Positions 49,583 to 62,152 of a stretch of 64,000 nucleotides of DNA are shown here, one piece after another. This DNA is from Squalus acanthias. Taxonomy: Eukaryota. The DNA is taken from the NCBI GenBank assembly GCA_030390025.1, contig CM059425.1:71734001-71798000 (forward strand). The letters are read 5' to 3'. The position numbers and the translations under genes were made by a program. Below the pieces are notes generated by a model that saw only the letters and a list, made by a program, of their open reading frames with translations, made no database searches and had not been told where the DNA came from. Each line of letters opens with the position of its first letter. The first letter of the stretch is position 1.

Positions 49583-51471
49583 GGCAGTCTATTGGAACCC
49601 TAGCAACATTTTAAATTTAGTACCGAATCTTTTTCATGCTCTCATAGCACTAACTGTCTGCCCACATCCGAGCACGTAGACACAGAGCTCCTTTGTCACT
49701 AACCTCATTGTGAAGTGCAACTCTGGTCTTCCAGTTGTGAATCACACACTACAAGTCACCCATCTCCACCACGTCACTGGCTTTTTTTTCCTGAAGGCCA
49801 TCTTTCTGTGCACTGAATCCACTGAAGCAGTAGAAGTTGTTACATGTACAAGAAAATGGTCTTCAAGAAACGGCTGGTTGGGAAAGCATTGCTTATTATA
49901 AAGCTTTGAAGTTTAATTTTTAACTCGTTACTTTCTGCAAGCTTAGAAAATCAGTAGTATGCATGATATTAAAAAGCATCAAAATCAGGATTGTACTGAC
50001 AAAGTATTTAGTTAATGGAACGACACTACACACTTAAACATTTTGGATTGCGAACAACAGTTTTAGTCCATCTCAATCAGATGTTTTGTTATCTTAAACT
50101 AGATGCAAGGCAGTGTATGGCAAAGGTCCAATGTGCTTCTCCTCTGATTTATTTTCCACTTCATTGATAAGAGGTGACCTCCTCTCAGCTTCTCCATTAA
50201 ACACTCCAGCTCACTGTATAGAACAACTAAGGGGCTGTATCCTCCCCCTCTGTGGTATAGGCTAAGGGGCATTCTGATTGATTGAGGATGCACTGATTGT
50301 GCAGCTTCCAGTTGCTGGCTTACTTGGAACGCGAGGAGGTGGCATCTGAACAGGCAATTCACCTCAATTGGGCAGTTCCTTCTTTTAAGGGTGTTTTCCT
50401 ATCAAGTTTTGTCTCTTGCTTCTCAAAGCCACGCTGAAAGGGGCCGGTGGCTAAGCTTTTGTAAATACTATTCTGGCCAGCTACAAGAGGTTGTGCAAAA
50501 GGCATGTAGAGGGCTCTCTCTCTCTCTCCAGGTTTTGTCTCCTCCCTGCGAGTAATGTGCCTGCACTTGGTGTTTTCACACAACAGCATCATTGACACTG
50601 GTAACTCAACCATGTGAGCACTAGAACATGTGATCCACGCCTGCTGTGGGCATTAGAATCTGTTCCCCACCACAATATGACTAGACCGATTCTGACAATT
50701 GATTCAAATCAGTTTGTAACAACTGCTTCTAAAATTTGTCTCTAATAATCAGTGAATTTATCAAATAAGGGCTACATTCATGCTTCAGTCAATGCCAGCA
50801 AGCAAAGGTTAAATGAACCCCAGGTCATTGGCAGTCATTGTGACGTTAGTGGATTAAAGAACAGACAGTAAGCATCAGGGCATTATTGGAAGTGAGTTAC
50901 CAATCTATGTAGTGGTTCTTGAAATTCCATGGTAGAAAGATTAGCCTACTATGAACACATTTCTAATCATACTTTAGTCTGCTATTTGAATGGAGATGTT
51001 AATCCATTTATTTTGCATGCTTTTAGCACAGCATAATTTCAATGCCATTGTGTGTGTGTATTATATATATTTAAGGTCACATAGGTCACCTGTTATAATG
51101 TCCTTACATTATTTACATCCTTCATTTTTATTATATTCATATGATGGGACTTTTTACAAGTGAAGTTTTAATCCAGGCACTCAGCTTCAGATAAGCATGA
51201 TGTTTACGGGGGGTTCTTTTGCAACCACTAGGAATGCTGGGATAGCACTGCCTCCATATTGTTTTTTTGCTTTCGCTCATTCTTCAGTAGGAGAAAACAC
51301 GAAAAAATGTCACCACCAGGGATGCTAAGAGAAGAAAGGTTATACTAATGCCACTTGGACTATCCTTTGATTCACACGAGACACAACTTGCTGCTTGCGA
51401 GACACAACTTGCTGCTTGCCGTGTTTATGTTTTTGGCACAAATCAGTACCGTAGGCATATGATATTAATAT

Positions 51472-51858
51472 AAAAGCAAAATAATGTAGATGCTGGATGA
51501 CGTAAGAAAACTACTAGGCACTTGGTCTAAGCGTTAAACAAAGCTTTAATCAACTGTTTTTCAACATGGAGGTCTAGTTGTCCTTCACTAGTTCCTGTTA
51601 AAGAATGTCCTGAGCAAGCTGGGCCCATGCCCGAGTATTTATACTCTCCCTGGACAGTGCCACCAGCAGGCCGCCCAGTATTATTTCATAAGTCATTTCC
51701 ACATGAATGACAGGATTCATGTCACTGGAAATCTGAAATAAAAACAGAAAATGCTGGAAACACTCAGCAGGTCAGGCAGCAACTGTGGAGAGAGAAACAG
51801 AGTTAATGTTTCAGGTCGATGACCTTTCATTTAGAACTGGCGATGATCTTTCGTCAGA
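51472..51858 (-). mobile_element. Penelope family A 3' end, interrupted by a solo LTR
   Basis: aaaagcaaa...gatgctgga|...|ctggaaatctgaaataaaaacag... matches 2215-2345. Confidence 0.8.
51498..51724 (-). mobile_element. Solo LTR (227 bp)
   Basis: TGAC...GTCA termini, 5-bp TSD CTGGA (51493-97, 51725-29). On the minus strand TATAAATA (~51640) precedes ATTAAA (~51548). Confidence 0.78.
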
Positions 51859-52001
51859 TTATAAGCAATCTGCGAAGTGATAACTTTATTGATTCTGAAC
51901 CCTCTTGTGCCATTCTATGACCCACCGGCACCATTGTGTAATGGTTTAATGGTCAGCAATGATCAAAGTAGTGTTAATTCAGAAAATTTGCGATCACCAT
52001 T

Positions 52002-55000
52002 GGGGGTGGAGTCATGTTAACTGTCTCACCGAGGGTCTCGGCGGAGTGGCGTGCAAGTCCTCGAAAATTATGCTGTGACATAAGTAATGGCATAAGTCAC
52101 ACACGCCATAATTTCCTGTAACGTTGCACCATAATAATGGCATATGCCGTAGTGGCGCCATTATAATGGTGCAAATTTTCAGGACAATCCAGGCCATTAT
52201 TTCTAATTCCTTGCACATTATAAATGTGCTGTAATTATTTTAAATATAAATATATTGTCTTCTAATTACTTTTTTTGTTGCAGAGAGCAGAAGTTAAACA
52301 GCCTTATCGAGGCTGCGGAGAAGAGTATGGGGGAGAAAACGGGTGTGCGGATCACAGTACGCTATTAACCCGTGCCCAGTCATTGAGTTGCAGGCAGTGC
52401 GATAAATTAGTGCTGCCTGCTGCTTTACATGATTGCCGCGTGAGGCCAGCACTACCTGCGCTGTTCATTAGCTGCACACATCAGCAGGGGGCCCTACATC
52501 GCGAGTGACTAGCGCTACTTAAAGGCTGCCTGCACCTCTTAAAGGGGAGGTGCATTGTGGCTGCAAGAAGTGGTGAGAGTCATTTGAAAACTGAATCTGT
52601 GCTGTGATACTTTGAGCAATGGCTGAACATGCGAGATGAGCAAGCACCAAGATTTCCTGACTATGCACAGGAGGTCTTGGTGGAAGAGGTGGAAAGAAGG
52701 AGACGTCCTGTATCCACCTGGGGGGGTGGGGGGGGGGTGGTGGGGGGCGGGCAGGGGGCCCTCCAGACAGATGCTCAGGAGGCAGTGGGAACAAGTAGTA
52801 GCGGAGGTCAATGCCAGGAGTGTTGCTTCTAGAACCAGGATGCAGTGCAGGAAGACGTTTAACAATCTGACACGAGTTGTCAAGGTGAGTCAGTTCATCT
52901 TCAAATAGCATATCCTGCCAACCGCACCACTAGCCTCACCCACTGCTCAATTCACTACACCCCCATCACCCACCCACCAACAATCTCTATCAATCAGTAC
53001 TCAATCCTAAAATTCATATGCTTTACCTCACCCTCACAAACTTAGCACTGTTGCAAGCCTCGCACTGAAAACACTCAGCTTGCACACACTGGCAGCTATT
53101 GAAACCCGATAACCACATTACCCAAACATATTACACAACACTCACTGACACACTTCCCCTTTTCTTGCAGGAGAAGGTGGCACATAACAGCAGGCAGCAC
53201 CAATGAACTGGAGGAGGACAAATCGCCTGCATGTTTTAAACCCATGGAGGAGTCAGTGCTGGCCATCATGGGAAGGGGCATCACTGAGGCCGTGGCCACT
53301 GGCGTTGCTGAAACGATCGATGTCCCAGCTTTCATTGCAGCACAAGCAGCTTCCATCAAAGGTCTGAGTGCTGCAGTGGAACCTCAGACTGCTGCCCTCA
53401 TGGATCTGGATACCACCGTTCAAAGGGACTTCCAGGGCCTCACAGTAGTCCATCAATCTGTTCTCCAACAGATCAGTAGGATAGCTGAGGCGCCGCCCCA
53501 GGAGAGTGGCAGTGGCTCCATGGAGCATGAACCTGCGGTCCTCTCTCAGGATGACAGCATTCCTCCTCCCACCCCTCCACTCCATGTTGCCCGCCAGCCC
53601 AGACTGCTGCAACCCAGTCTCAAATGGTGCAGTCTGAAGGCGGGCCTTCCAGGCCCAGAGCTGCTCGAGGTCGCCCTCCAAGGCCGTCTGCAGTCTCTTC
53701 AATTGAAGGTCAGCAGCCTTCCGCCACCCATGCTGCAACCACTGGGGAAGAACCTCATAGGAGCACAAGGAGAGTCAAAAGGCACACGGAAGACAGGTAC
53801 TGAGGGAACGCACAAGGTTTATTTTCACACATTAGTTTATTTTTGTATGCATTATGTCATGATTAAATTTATAAATTTGGATTAGAATGTGCATGTTCTA
53901 GTAGTTTTTATTTTTGTGTTGTCGGAAAGAGGACAATGTGATGGTCAGTAATAGAGGAAAGGTAAGGAGCGTAGTACTGTTGGTGAATGGTGAGGTGTGG
54001 TTGAGGTTACTCGTATCGCCCATTAATTATTTCATCACGTAGAGTCCGGGCAGAAAGGGGCCGTCTGCGTTGTAGCCTCCTTTCCTCTTCCTATTGCTCC
54101 ACTTCCTGCTGCACTTCCACCTCCTCCTCCTGCTCCTCAGCTTCTCACCTAATAGGTGGTGGTGGCAAGGGCTGTTCCCTCATAATGGTCAGGTCGTGTA
54201 GCATGCAGTATACCACCACAAATCTTCATACCCGCTCAGCTGAGTACTGCGGGGCTCCTCCAGAGCGGACCAGGTAGCGGAAGCGTTGCTTGAGGACTCC
54301 GATGGTGTGCTCTATAATGCTCCTTGTGGCAACATGGCTCTCATTGTAGGCCTGCTGTGCACGTGTGCGTGTGGATTCGGCACTGGAGTCATGCACCATG
54401 ACGTCAGTGGATAGCCCCTGTCGCCCAGTAGCCAGCCTTTGTCTTGCCGTGAAAGTTCAAATACAGCTGACACAGAGGACTGCCGCAGAATGACGGAATC
54501 GTGGCTACTGCCAAGACAACGGGCATTCACCTGCATGATGCGCTGCCTGTGGTCGCACACCAGTTGCACATTGAGGGAGTGGAATCCCTTTCGGTTCATG
54601 AAAATGGCAGAGTTGACATGAGGCGCATGCAAGGCAATGTGTGTGCAGTCAGTGGCTCCCCGCACCATGGAGAGGCCTGCAATCTGTGCAAACCCCTGTG
54701 CTCACTCCGCCTGCTTGTCTCTGGCAAGAACGAATGAGATGAAGCTGTCTCTCTTTTGTATCGAGAGCCTCAATGACCTCCCTTATGCAGCAGTGTACCG
54801 CAAACTGCGAGATGTTGCTAATATCTCCAGCAGCAGCCTGGAAGGAGCCAAATGCATAAAAGTTAAGAGCTACGGTCACCTTGACAGCCACAGTCAATAC
54901 AGTCCTTGCCCTGCTTTGAGGCTGCAGCAGTTGGCAGATTTCAGCCATGACCTCATTAGTGAAGTGAAGATGTCTCATGCATTGGTCGTCATTGAAGTTG

Positions 55001-55527
55001 AGATAAGAGAATTGCTCCCTAAAGGTGGATATGGCCTCCTGCTGAGAGCTCTTCTCCCCCTCTTCCTCCTCCCTCTTCTAACAGCTTGTCCTGCTTTGCG
55101 TGGCCTCTCTTCATTCTCCCAGTCATGCTCAAATCCAAGAAGATTTGCAGCAGCCAGAAGAAATAATCCAGCAACTAACCTGTAAGCAGTTCATGATCCC
55201 TTTAAGTAGCGCTGGTGGGGGGGGGGGGGGGGGTCCTTCATGCCGTTTAACGTCGTGTTCATCTGTGCAAGGTTAAAACAGGGTGTAGGTTGGAGCATAG
55301 CTTTCAAAAATGGCAGCGCTGGCGTCAAATCAGCGTGATTGACACCATAATCTGCCTGCTCTGCATGTTGCCAGCGGTTGTCAGGCGCGTCCGGACAAAC
55401 CCCTTTACTACGATGGCATGCTGGGCACTTCCCGTCGGAAGTGCGCGTGCATATCTCAGACGCCATTCTCGAGCATTAGGAGACCATGTAGCACCTAAAA
55501 AATGAGCGCTACTGAGCCCAATTTCTT
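52002..55527. mobile_element. PIF/Harbinger transposon, degenerate (ends uncertain)
   Basis: Plus-strand Myb/SANT pseudo-exons (52619-52884, 53171-~53815) converge on a minus-strand HARBI1-like transposase. Confidence 0.85.
54010..55130 (-). pseudogene. HARBI1-like DDE transposase, frameshifted
   Basis: KVTVALNFYAFGSFQ, ISQFAVHCCIREV, GATDCTHI, NRKGFHSLNVQLVCD, GSSHDS, LLGDRGYPL. Confidence 0.9.
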
Positions 55528-55781
55528 GTATGTTGGTCTTTTATATATACCAGGTATCTACTTAATAATCTGCAAGCATCTTCAAAATTCCTGTTGGGGA
55601 ATTTGTCCACTGATCCACTCTCAATTCTGCTAGTTCCAGTGTGATTTATAATCCTTCTGGGTTACCCGAATGCCAGATGTGTTCATAAGGCCTTTGTGTT
55701 ACACACAGACCATAAGGGAGTCTGAAACACACAGACCATAAGAGAGGTCTGAAACCTAACACCTGCACTCCATTATAATAA

Positions 55782-56007
55782 AAATGAGAAGTCGCACAAC
55801 ACCAGGTTATAGTCCAACAGATTTATTTAATTTTACAAGCTTTCGGAGCTATCGCTCCTTCGTCAGGTAAGTTAGCAATTACCTGACGAAGGAGCGATAG
55901 CTCCGAAAGCTTGTAAAATTAAATAAATCTGTTGGACTATAACCTGGTGTTGTGCGACTTCTCATTTTTGTCCACCCCAGTCCAACGCCGGCATCTCCAC
56001 ATCATGA
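55782..56007. mobile_element. Fold-back Penelope-like 3'-end element (family B) with two complete hammerhead motifs
   Basis: Perfect 90-bp inverted arms 55781-55870 and 55879-55968, 8-nt loop. TSD CCATTATAATAA at 55770-55781 and 56008-56019. Confidence 0.9.
55879..55916 (+). ncRNA. Putative minimal type I hammerhead ribozyme (family B); identical copy on minus strand at 55833-55870
   Basis: TTAC-CTGACGA-A-GGAGC gata GCTCC-GAAA-GCTT-GTAA: helix I TTAC/GTAA, helix II, palindromic helix III (AAGCTT). Confidence 0.75.
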
Positions 56008-56681
56008 CCATTATAATAAGGTATTGCACAGTCGTTGGCCCTAGTCCAGATATTTTGAGATGGGTGGGGGAGAAAATAATCAACAAAAATCACACTCACT
56101 GTGGTTTAGTGGTTGTTAACGGTACAAATCATTACTTTAGATATGTTATCATTTTTGCTGGAAAGAACTGCAGCTTCAAACAGAATGACGAGATTAAACC
56201 TTAAGCTTTGTAATATTGGAGCAAGAGGGTGGAGTTCTTAGCTTGTCCGTGATAATTAAAACAATATGACTCAAGATAATGTAGAACCTAACCAAACCTG
56301 TTTTGACATTTATCACAGTCTCTGCCTGCATGGTGTGTAAATATTAATTAGACTTTTTATCAGTTCGATAATGAAAGTAAAATACTTGATTGAATGATAT
56401 GGTTATGGTTGTGTCCCTTGTTGTCAGAAAGAAAAGACGACTGGCATTTATATATTGACAGACCTGTTGTGTGTCTCCCGCATTCTCTGTTTTTATTTCA
56501 TATTTGCAGCATTTGCATCTTTTTCTTTTTATCAGAGTAGGGCCATTTGCTTTATATTAAATGGAAGTTAAAAATGTTTTTTTTTTACATTCTGACTTGA
56601 ATTTATGGGGACTGGTCAAGAAGCAATTGAAGCCAGAATTAGAGAGAGCTAACTTGTAATGAAACTAAAAAATGTTTTACA

Positions 56682-57475
56682 AAGTGCTGGATATTGAAGC
56701 ACTGGAGAAAGTGCAGAAAAGATTTACAAGGATGTCACCAGAATTGAGGGTGCGCAACGGTCAGGAAAGTTTGAGCAGGCTGGGGCTCTGTCTGTGGAAA
56801 AGACTAACAGATGTAAGGTAAATGGCAAAAGAACCAGAGGGGAGATGAGGATTTTTTTTTTTTACGCAGCAAGTTGTTATGATCTGGAATGCACTGCCTG
56901 AAAGGGTGGGGGAAGCAGATGCATTAATAACTTTCAAAAAGGGAATTGGATAAATACTTGAAGGGGAAAAATTTGCAGGGCTATGGGGAAAGGGCAGGGG
57001 AGTGGGACTAATTGGATCGCTCTTTCAAAGAGCGGGTACAGGCACGCTGGGCCGAATGGCCTCCTTTGGTGCTGTATCATTCTATAAGAGGAGACCTGGT
57101 AGAAGTTTTCAAAATTATGAAGGCATTCAATAAGGTGGATGTGGAGAAATTGTTTCCACTTGTGGGTGAGTCCAGAACAAGGGGGCATGAATTTAAAGTA
57201 GCCACTAACAGAGTGAATAAAGAATTTAGGAGAAATCCCTGTACAAAAGAGGGTGGTGAGAATGTGGAACTTGCTGCCACATGGAATGGTTGCAGCAGAT
57301 AGCATTGATACATTTGATGGGAGGTTTGATGCATACATGAGGGAAAAGAGAATAGTGGAATACAAAGATAGGGTGGTAAGAGCTAATTAAAAGGGAGGAG
57401 GCTCATGTGGAGTATTGACACCGGCATAGACCAGTTGGGCTGAATGTCGGTTTCTGTGCTGTAGATTCTATGTAA
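56682..57475 (+). mobile_element. CR1 3' fragment with a second CR1 3' end nested at ~56804-57085
   Basis: DIEALEKVQKRFTRM... is broken by another CR1 3' UTR (ends gctgtatcattctat), then resumes at RGDLVEVFKIMK. Confidence 0.8.
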
Positions 57476-57667
57476 TATAGCACCTTTCATGACCTCATGA
57501 CATCCCAAAGTGCTTTACAGCCAATAAATTACTTTAAGTGTAATCACTGTTCTAAAATAGGAAATGCGGCAACCAATTTGTGCACAGCAAGGTCCCACAA
57601 ACAGCAATTTGATAATGACCAGTTAATCTCTTTTAGTGGTGTTGGTTAAAGGATAAATATTGGCCAG
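57476..57667 (-). mobile_element. Deu-type SINE 3' fragment
   Basis: Matches 35200-35395. Confidence 0.75.
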
Positions 57668-58094
57668 ATTATAAATAAAATAAATGTTGTGTATAGACAA
57701 AAGAAATCTATGCAGTTAATCTCAGTGAAGATACAATGGGCTAGAAATTCGTTATAGCCCAGGAATGGGCGGTATAATTAGAAAAGTTGGAGAATTAGCG
57801 CCAGGTGCTAATTTTTTTAGACTGCACGCAAAATTCAGGCTCACTGCTCAAAGAAATGATTGGAGCGCTAATTCAAATCTTTAAGCCCGAGCTCATTGGC
57901 GTTACACTCAAAGGGTGGACCAATATCAGATGCAGTCTAATCGCAAGTCATGATTGCCACAGGTTTTTTCCAGTTCTTAAAGGGGAGGTTCATTGATGCT
58001 GTAGAACCTCATTCTCAGCATTGCTGGCTGTGCAGCTGCCTCAGCAATCAGCAGCAGGTCAAGAAGGAGCCGGAGGACTGAAGCAACTGTACTC

Positions 58095-59985
58095 ATGGCA
58101 GATGCACGCCCCAGGGAGAGAGCCTGCACATTCTGCGATCAAGCATTGGAGGCGTTGGTGTTCGCTGTGGAGAGACGGAGGGTGATGCTCTACCCGGCAA
58201 GTGGCAGGAGGTCCTCGCCGCAAGTCTTCCACACCATGTGGAGGGAGGTAGTGCAGCACGTCTCGGGCAGCACTGTGGTCCCCAGGACCCCCACACAGTG
58301 CAGGAAGAAATTTAACAACCTTACTCGGGTGGTCAGGGTGAGTGAATGCTTCAACAAATGCTATATACCACCATCTGAAGCACAGTCTTCACGCACTGCC
58401 CAAAGCACCACACCCCCAGCACTCACCCACCAACAATCTCTACCTACCAACACTCACACCTTGCACACAATGACAGCTATTCAACTATCACCCAATCACA
58501 TTGCTCCACAGTCACTCACTCACTTTCCTTTCTCTTGCAGGCCAAGGTGGCCCACAACAGGAGGGAGCAGGAGCGCACAGGCGGTGGACAAGCCGACACC
58601 CAACCACTGTCTGTGCTGGAGAATTGCGTGCTGCAAATCATTGAGCGCCAGGTGGTGGGCGGCCGTGGCTACCGGTGATGTTGACCCCCTTTGGGAAAAC
58701 AACGGTATGTTCATCCCTACTCCTTCTTCTCACATCCCACTTCCCCCTTACCCCACAGGTGTTTCGCACTTTCCAGCTAATCATGCTGTATGCATGCATT
58801 TCTCCCTTCCTGCCCTCCTCCCCTCACCTTAACCCAACTCTTGTGCCTTTATGCTTTCAGATAATGAGCAAACACCTGAGCAGCCTGTCCCTGAGGGCAC
58901 CGTAGAGAGCGAGGTGGGAGAAGAGGAGGAGGAAGACACCGCGTCACTGCCTGTCTCACCCGCAGGCACCAGCTCAGATGCTGGCACTACGCATTCTTTA
59001 GAGGCTAGTGTAGTAGCGGGATCTGCACAGGGTGATGCACCGGGGATGAGTGGGCTGCAGCAAGGCCAGGACAATGGTAGCTTGGGGGCGAGTTTGCGGA
59101 TGAGTTCTGCTGCACAGGACTCAGATGAGGACCTTGATGGGGAGGCCTTTAGAAGGAAGGTGATGGGCATGCACACAGAGATGATGGGTGCAATGGCAAG
59201 GGTGCCAGAGAGCCTCTCGGCAATGATAAGGAGTGTGGAGGAGTCCACCTCCAACATTGCACAAGGCTCTGCGCACACCATGGAGCCCATCATTTCCAGT
59301 CTGCAAAGGATGGTAGACTCCCAGAGAGACCGTGGCGACCCAGACCTGATGCCGCGTGTGATGGGCGATCTGGCAGCGTCCATTGCAGCACAGGTGGAAG
59401 TGACGCAATATCTTAGTGCTGTAATGCAGTCTATGCTTGGTGGCATCCAATCTCAGACTGCTCTCATTCAGTCTCAGCTTGATGCCACACAAGCTCTGAC
59501 TGCTGCCATCGTGGCTGGATCTACCACTGTCGACCGGGGCTTTCAGGGTGTCGCAGCAGTCTGTGCTCCAACAGATTGCTAAGGATGCTGAGGTGCTGCC
59601 CCAGGGGAGTGGGAGTGGGTCAGTGGAGCAGGAACCTGCTGTTCTCTCTCAGGATGACAGCATTCCTGCTCCAACCACTGCCATTCCACCATTGCCCTTG
59701 TCGCTGCCTTTCATCCAGCCAGCCCAGACTGCTGCCACCCATGCTGAGGTGGTGCAGTCTACAGCCAGGCCTTCGAGGCCCAGAGCTGGTCAAGGGTGTC
59801 CTGCAAGGCCATCTGAAGTGTCCCGCACGGACACCCAGCAGCCTTCCACCAGCCCTGCTGCAGCCACTGGGCCAACACTTTGTAGAAGCACTAGAGTAGG
59901 CAAAGGCACAGTAACAAGAGGCACTAAGGGTTTGCACAAGGGTGAAGTTAATATTTTTGTTGTAAATGTGTTCACTGATTTTTGA
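58095..59985 (+). pseudogene. Harbinger Myb/SANT-like DNA-binding protein gene, 3 exons (58095-58337, 58541-58704, 58861-~59985)
   Basis: MADARPRERACTFCDQALEALV...WREV...RTPTQCRKKFNNLTRVVR|gtgagt ... ttgcag|AKVAHNRREQERTGGG ... G|gtatgt ... ttcag|DNEQ. Frameshifts at ~58658 and ~59550. Confidence 0.82.
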
Positions 59986-60112
59986 TAAATTTATTAATTC
60001 AGTTTGGATTCTTTTGTGGTGTGTCTCATTTCAGCTTTGCGCTGTGATATGGCCTGCGACAGGGATAGAATGATGGGGATGTGGTAAGCAACGGGGATCT
60101 GGGGTTTAAATC

Positions 60113-61279
60113 ATTCGAACTGCAGTCTGATGAGGCAATCACAGACCGCCTTTCCGGAAGGCCGATTGAGTGGCTCCCTCCTCCCTCGCTCTTGTTCCTC
60201 CTTCTCCTCATCGTCCTCCTAGTTTTCCTCTTGCTTCTCGTTCTCCTCCTCCTCCTCAGGTGGTCCCTGGTGGCAAGGGCTTGGCCCTCATGATGGCCAA
60301 GTTGTGGAGCATGCAGCAGACTACCACGAAATGGGACACCCGCTCAGCCAAGTACTGGAGGGCTCCTCCCGAGCGGTCAAGGCAGCGGAACTGTTGCTTG
60401 AGCACCCCGATGGTCTGCTCGATGATGTTCCTGGTGGCAGCATGGCTCTCATTATATGAGTGCTGGGCAGGAGTGTTGAGGTTGTGGAGGGGAGTCATGA
60501 GCCAGGTGGAGAGCAGATAGCCCTCGTCTCCGACCAGCCAGCTACGAGCTTGACTTGGTGGCTGGAAGAATGCTGGCACACTGGTCTGGCACAGGATGAA
60601 GGCATAGTGGGCATTGACATTGAGGATTCGCTGTCTGTGGTCACACACCAACTGCACATTGAGTTGTAGCCTTTGCGGTTACAGAAGATCTCAGGATTGT
60701 TATGCGGTACCTGCAAATCCACGTGGGTACAGTCAATGGTGCGCTGCATCATGGGGGAATCCAGCTATCCTGGCAAAGCCACATGCACGCTCGTCCTGCT
60801 TCTCTCTGGTGATGGGGAAGGAAATGTAGTCCCTTCTCCTACTGGAGAGAGCCTCTGTGACCTCCCAGATGCAGCGATGGACAGCGAACTGCGAGATGTT
60901 AGCTATGTCTCCTGCTGCAGACTGGAAGGATCCACTGGTAAGAAATTGAGCGTGACAGTGACCTTGACTGCCACTGAAAGCGCTGTGGTCACCCTGTTCG
61001 GAGGTGAGGCTGGAGGTCTGGTTACAGGAGGTGGCAGAGTTCCGTGACCACCTCCTTGGTGAAGCAGAGCCTTCTAATATACTGCTCCTCGCTTAATTGG
61101 GTGTAGGAGAAATGCTCTCGGAATTCCCTCGGAGGGTAAGGCCTCCTGTTGAGAGTCCTGATGGCCCTCCTCCTCCCTCTGGCCACATGTTCCAGTCTTT
61201 CTCGCTGCCTCCACTCCCTCCACCGTAGGTCCTGGAGGGTGAGGTCGACTACCAGTATAGCCCCCATTAATGTAACCAA
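60113..61279 (-). pseudogene. HARBI1-like DDE transposase, frameshifted
   Basis: RRPYPPREFR..LSEEQYIRRLCFTKEVVTELC, IDCTHV, NRKGYNS, LVGDEGY, RNIIEQTIGVLKQQFRCLD, CCMLHNLA. The GSxHD motif is deleted. Confidence 0.9.
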
Positions 61280-61644
61280 GTGTAGCAGTTTGATTTTTTT
61301 AAGAATAAATGTAGTTACTTTTTAGTTGCCACAACACTCCTGATGCCAAATAACCTTGAAATGACGGAATGAAACTGTTGCACTTTGTGAAATTGACAAG
61401 AAAGCACAGAAACTCCACTAACCTACAGCTGCGACTCATTACTGATGATCCCTTTCAATAACGTCCCTGGAGCCGTATTCCTGTTGCTTCATGCCAGCTC
61501 TCCCTGTCGCTGTTTCCTCCAGGTGCTAAGGTAGGTGGCGACAATCAATTTCACACTCAGTTGCACACTCACTGGCATCATGATCCACCTGGCGTTGAGG
61601 CTCCCGGCGACGCTGCAGGGGTGGGGAGACAGGATTTGGCGTGT

Positions 61645-62152
61645 GGCATTGGATTCACCTCGCCAATGCTCTTGCGCCCCATTAGCGTTGGATTCGCCTC
61701 GCCAATGCTCTTGCGCCCCATTAGCGTTGGATTCACCTCGCCAATGCTCTTGCGCCCCATTAGCGTTGGATTCGCCTCACCAATGCTCTAGTGTTCCATT
61801 AGCGTTGGATTCGCCTCGCCAATGCTCTTGTGCCCCATTAGCGTTGGATTCGCCTCGCCAATGCTCTTGCGCCCCATTAGCGTTGGATTCGCCTCACCAA
61901 TGCTCTAGTGTTCCATTAGCGTTGGATTCGCCTCGCCAATGCTCTTGCGCCCCATTAGCGTTGGATTCGCCTCGCCAATGCTCTTGCGCCCCATTAGCAT
62001 TGGATTCGCCTCGCCAATGCTCTTGCGCCCCATTAGCGTTGGATTCGCCTCGCCAATGCTCTTGCGCCCCATTAGCGTTGGATTCGCCTCGCCAATGCTC
62101 TAGTGTTCCATTAGCGTTGGATTCGCCTCGCCAATGCTCTGGCGCCCCATTA
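61645..62152. repeat. 39-bp minisatellite x13 in the Harbinger subterminal region
   Basis: Unit GCGTTGGATTCGCCTCGCCAATGCTCTTGCGCCCCATTA, with variant units (..CTAGTGTTCC..) at positions 4, 7 and 12. Confidence 0.97.

Noticed and set aside
50362-50505. Possible alternative first exon (MPFAQPLV...TAQLR|gtgaat) on minus strand
   Set aside because: No similarity to RASGRP1 that I recognise, and its phase-2 donor is incompatible with the phase-1 exon 3 acceptor.
51378-51419. Small direct duplications (21 bp here; also ~32408-32447 and ~55700-55755)
   Set aside because: Ordinary slippage duplications with no associated structure.
54010-55130. Domesticated host gene HARBI1
   Set aside because: Frameshifted, intronic, paired with a Myb ORF and duplicated at 60-61 kb, so these are transposon copies.
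61645-62152. CRISPR-like array of palindromic repeats
   Set aside because: Units are contiguous with no unique spacers, the context is eukaryotic, and there are no cas genes.
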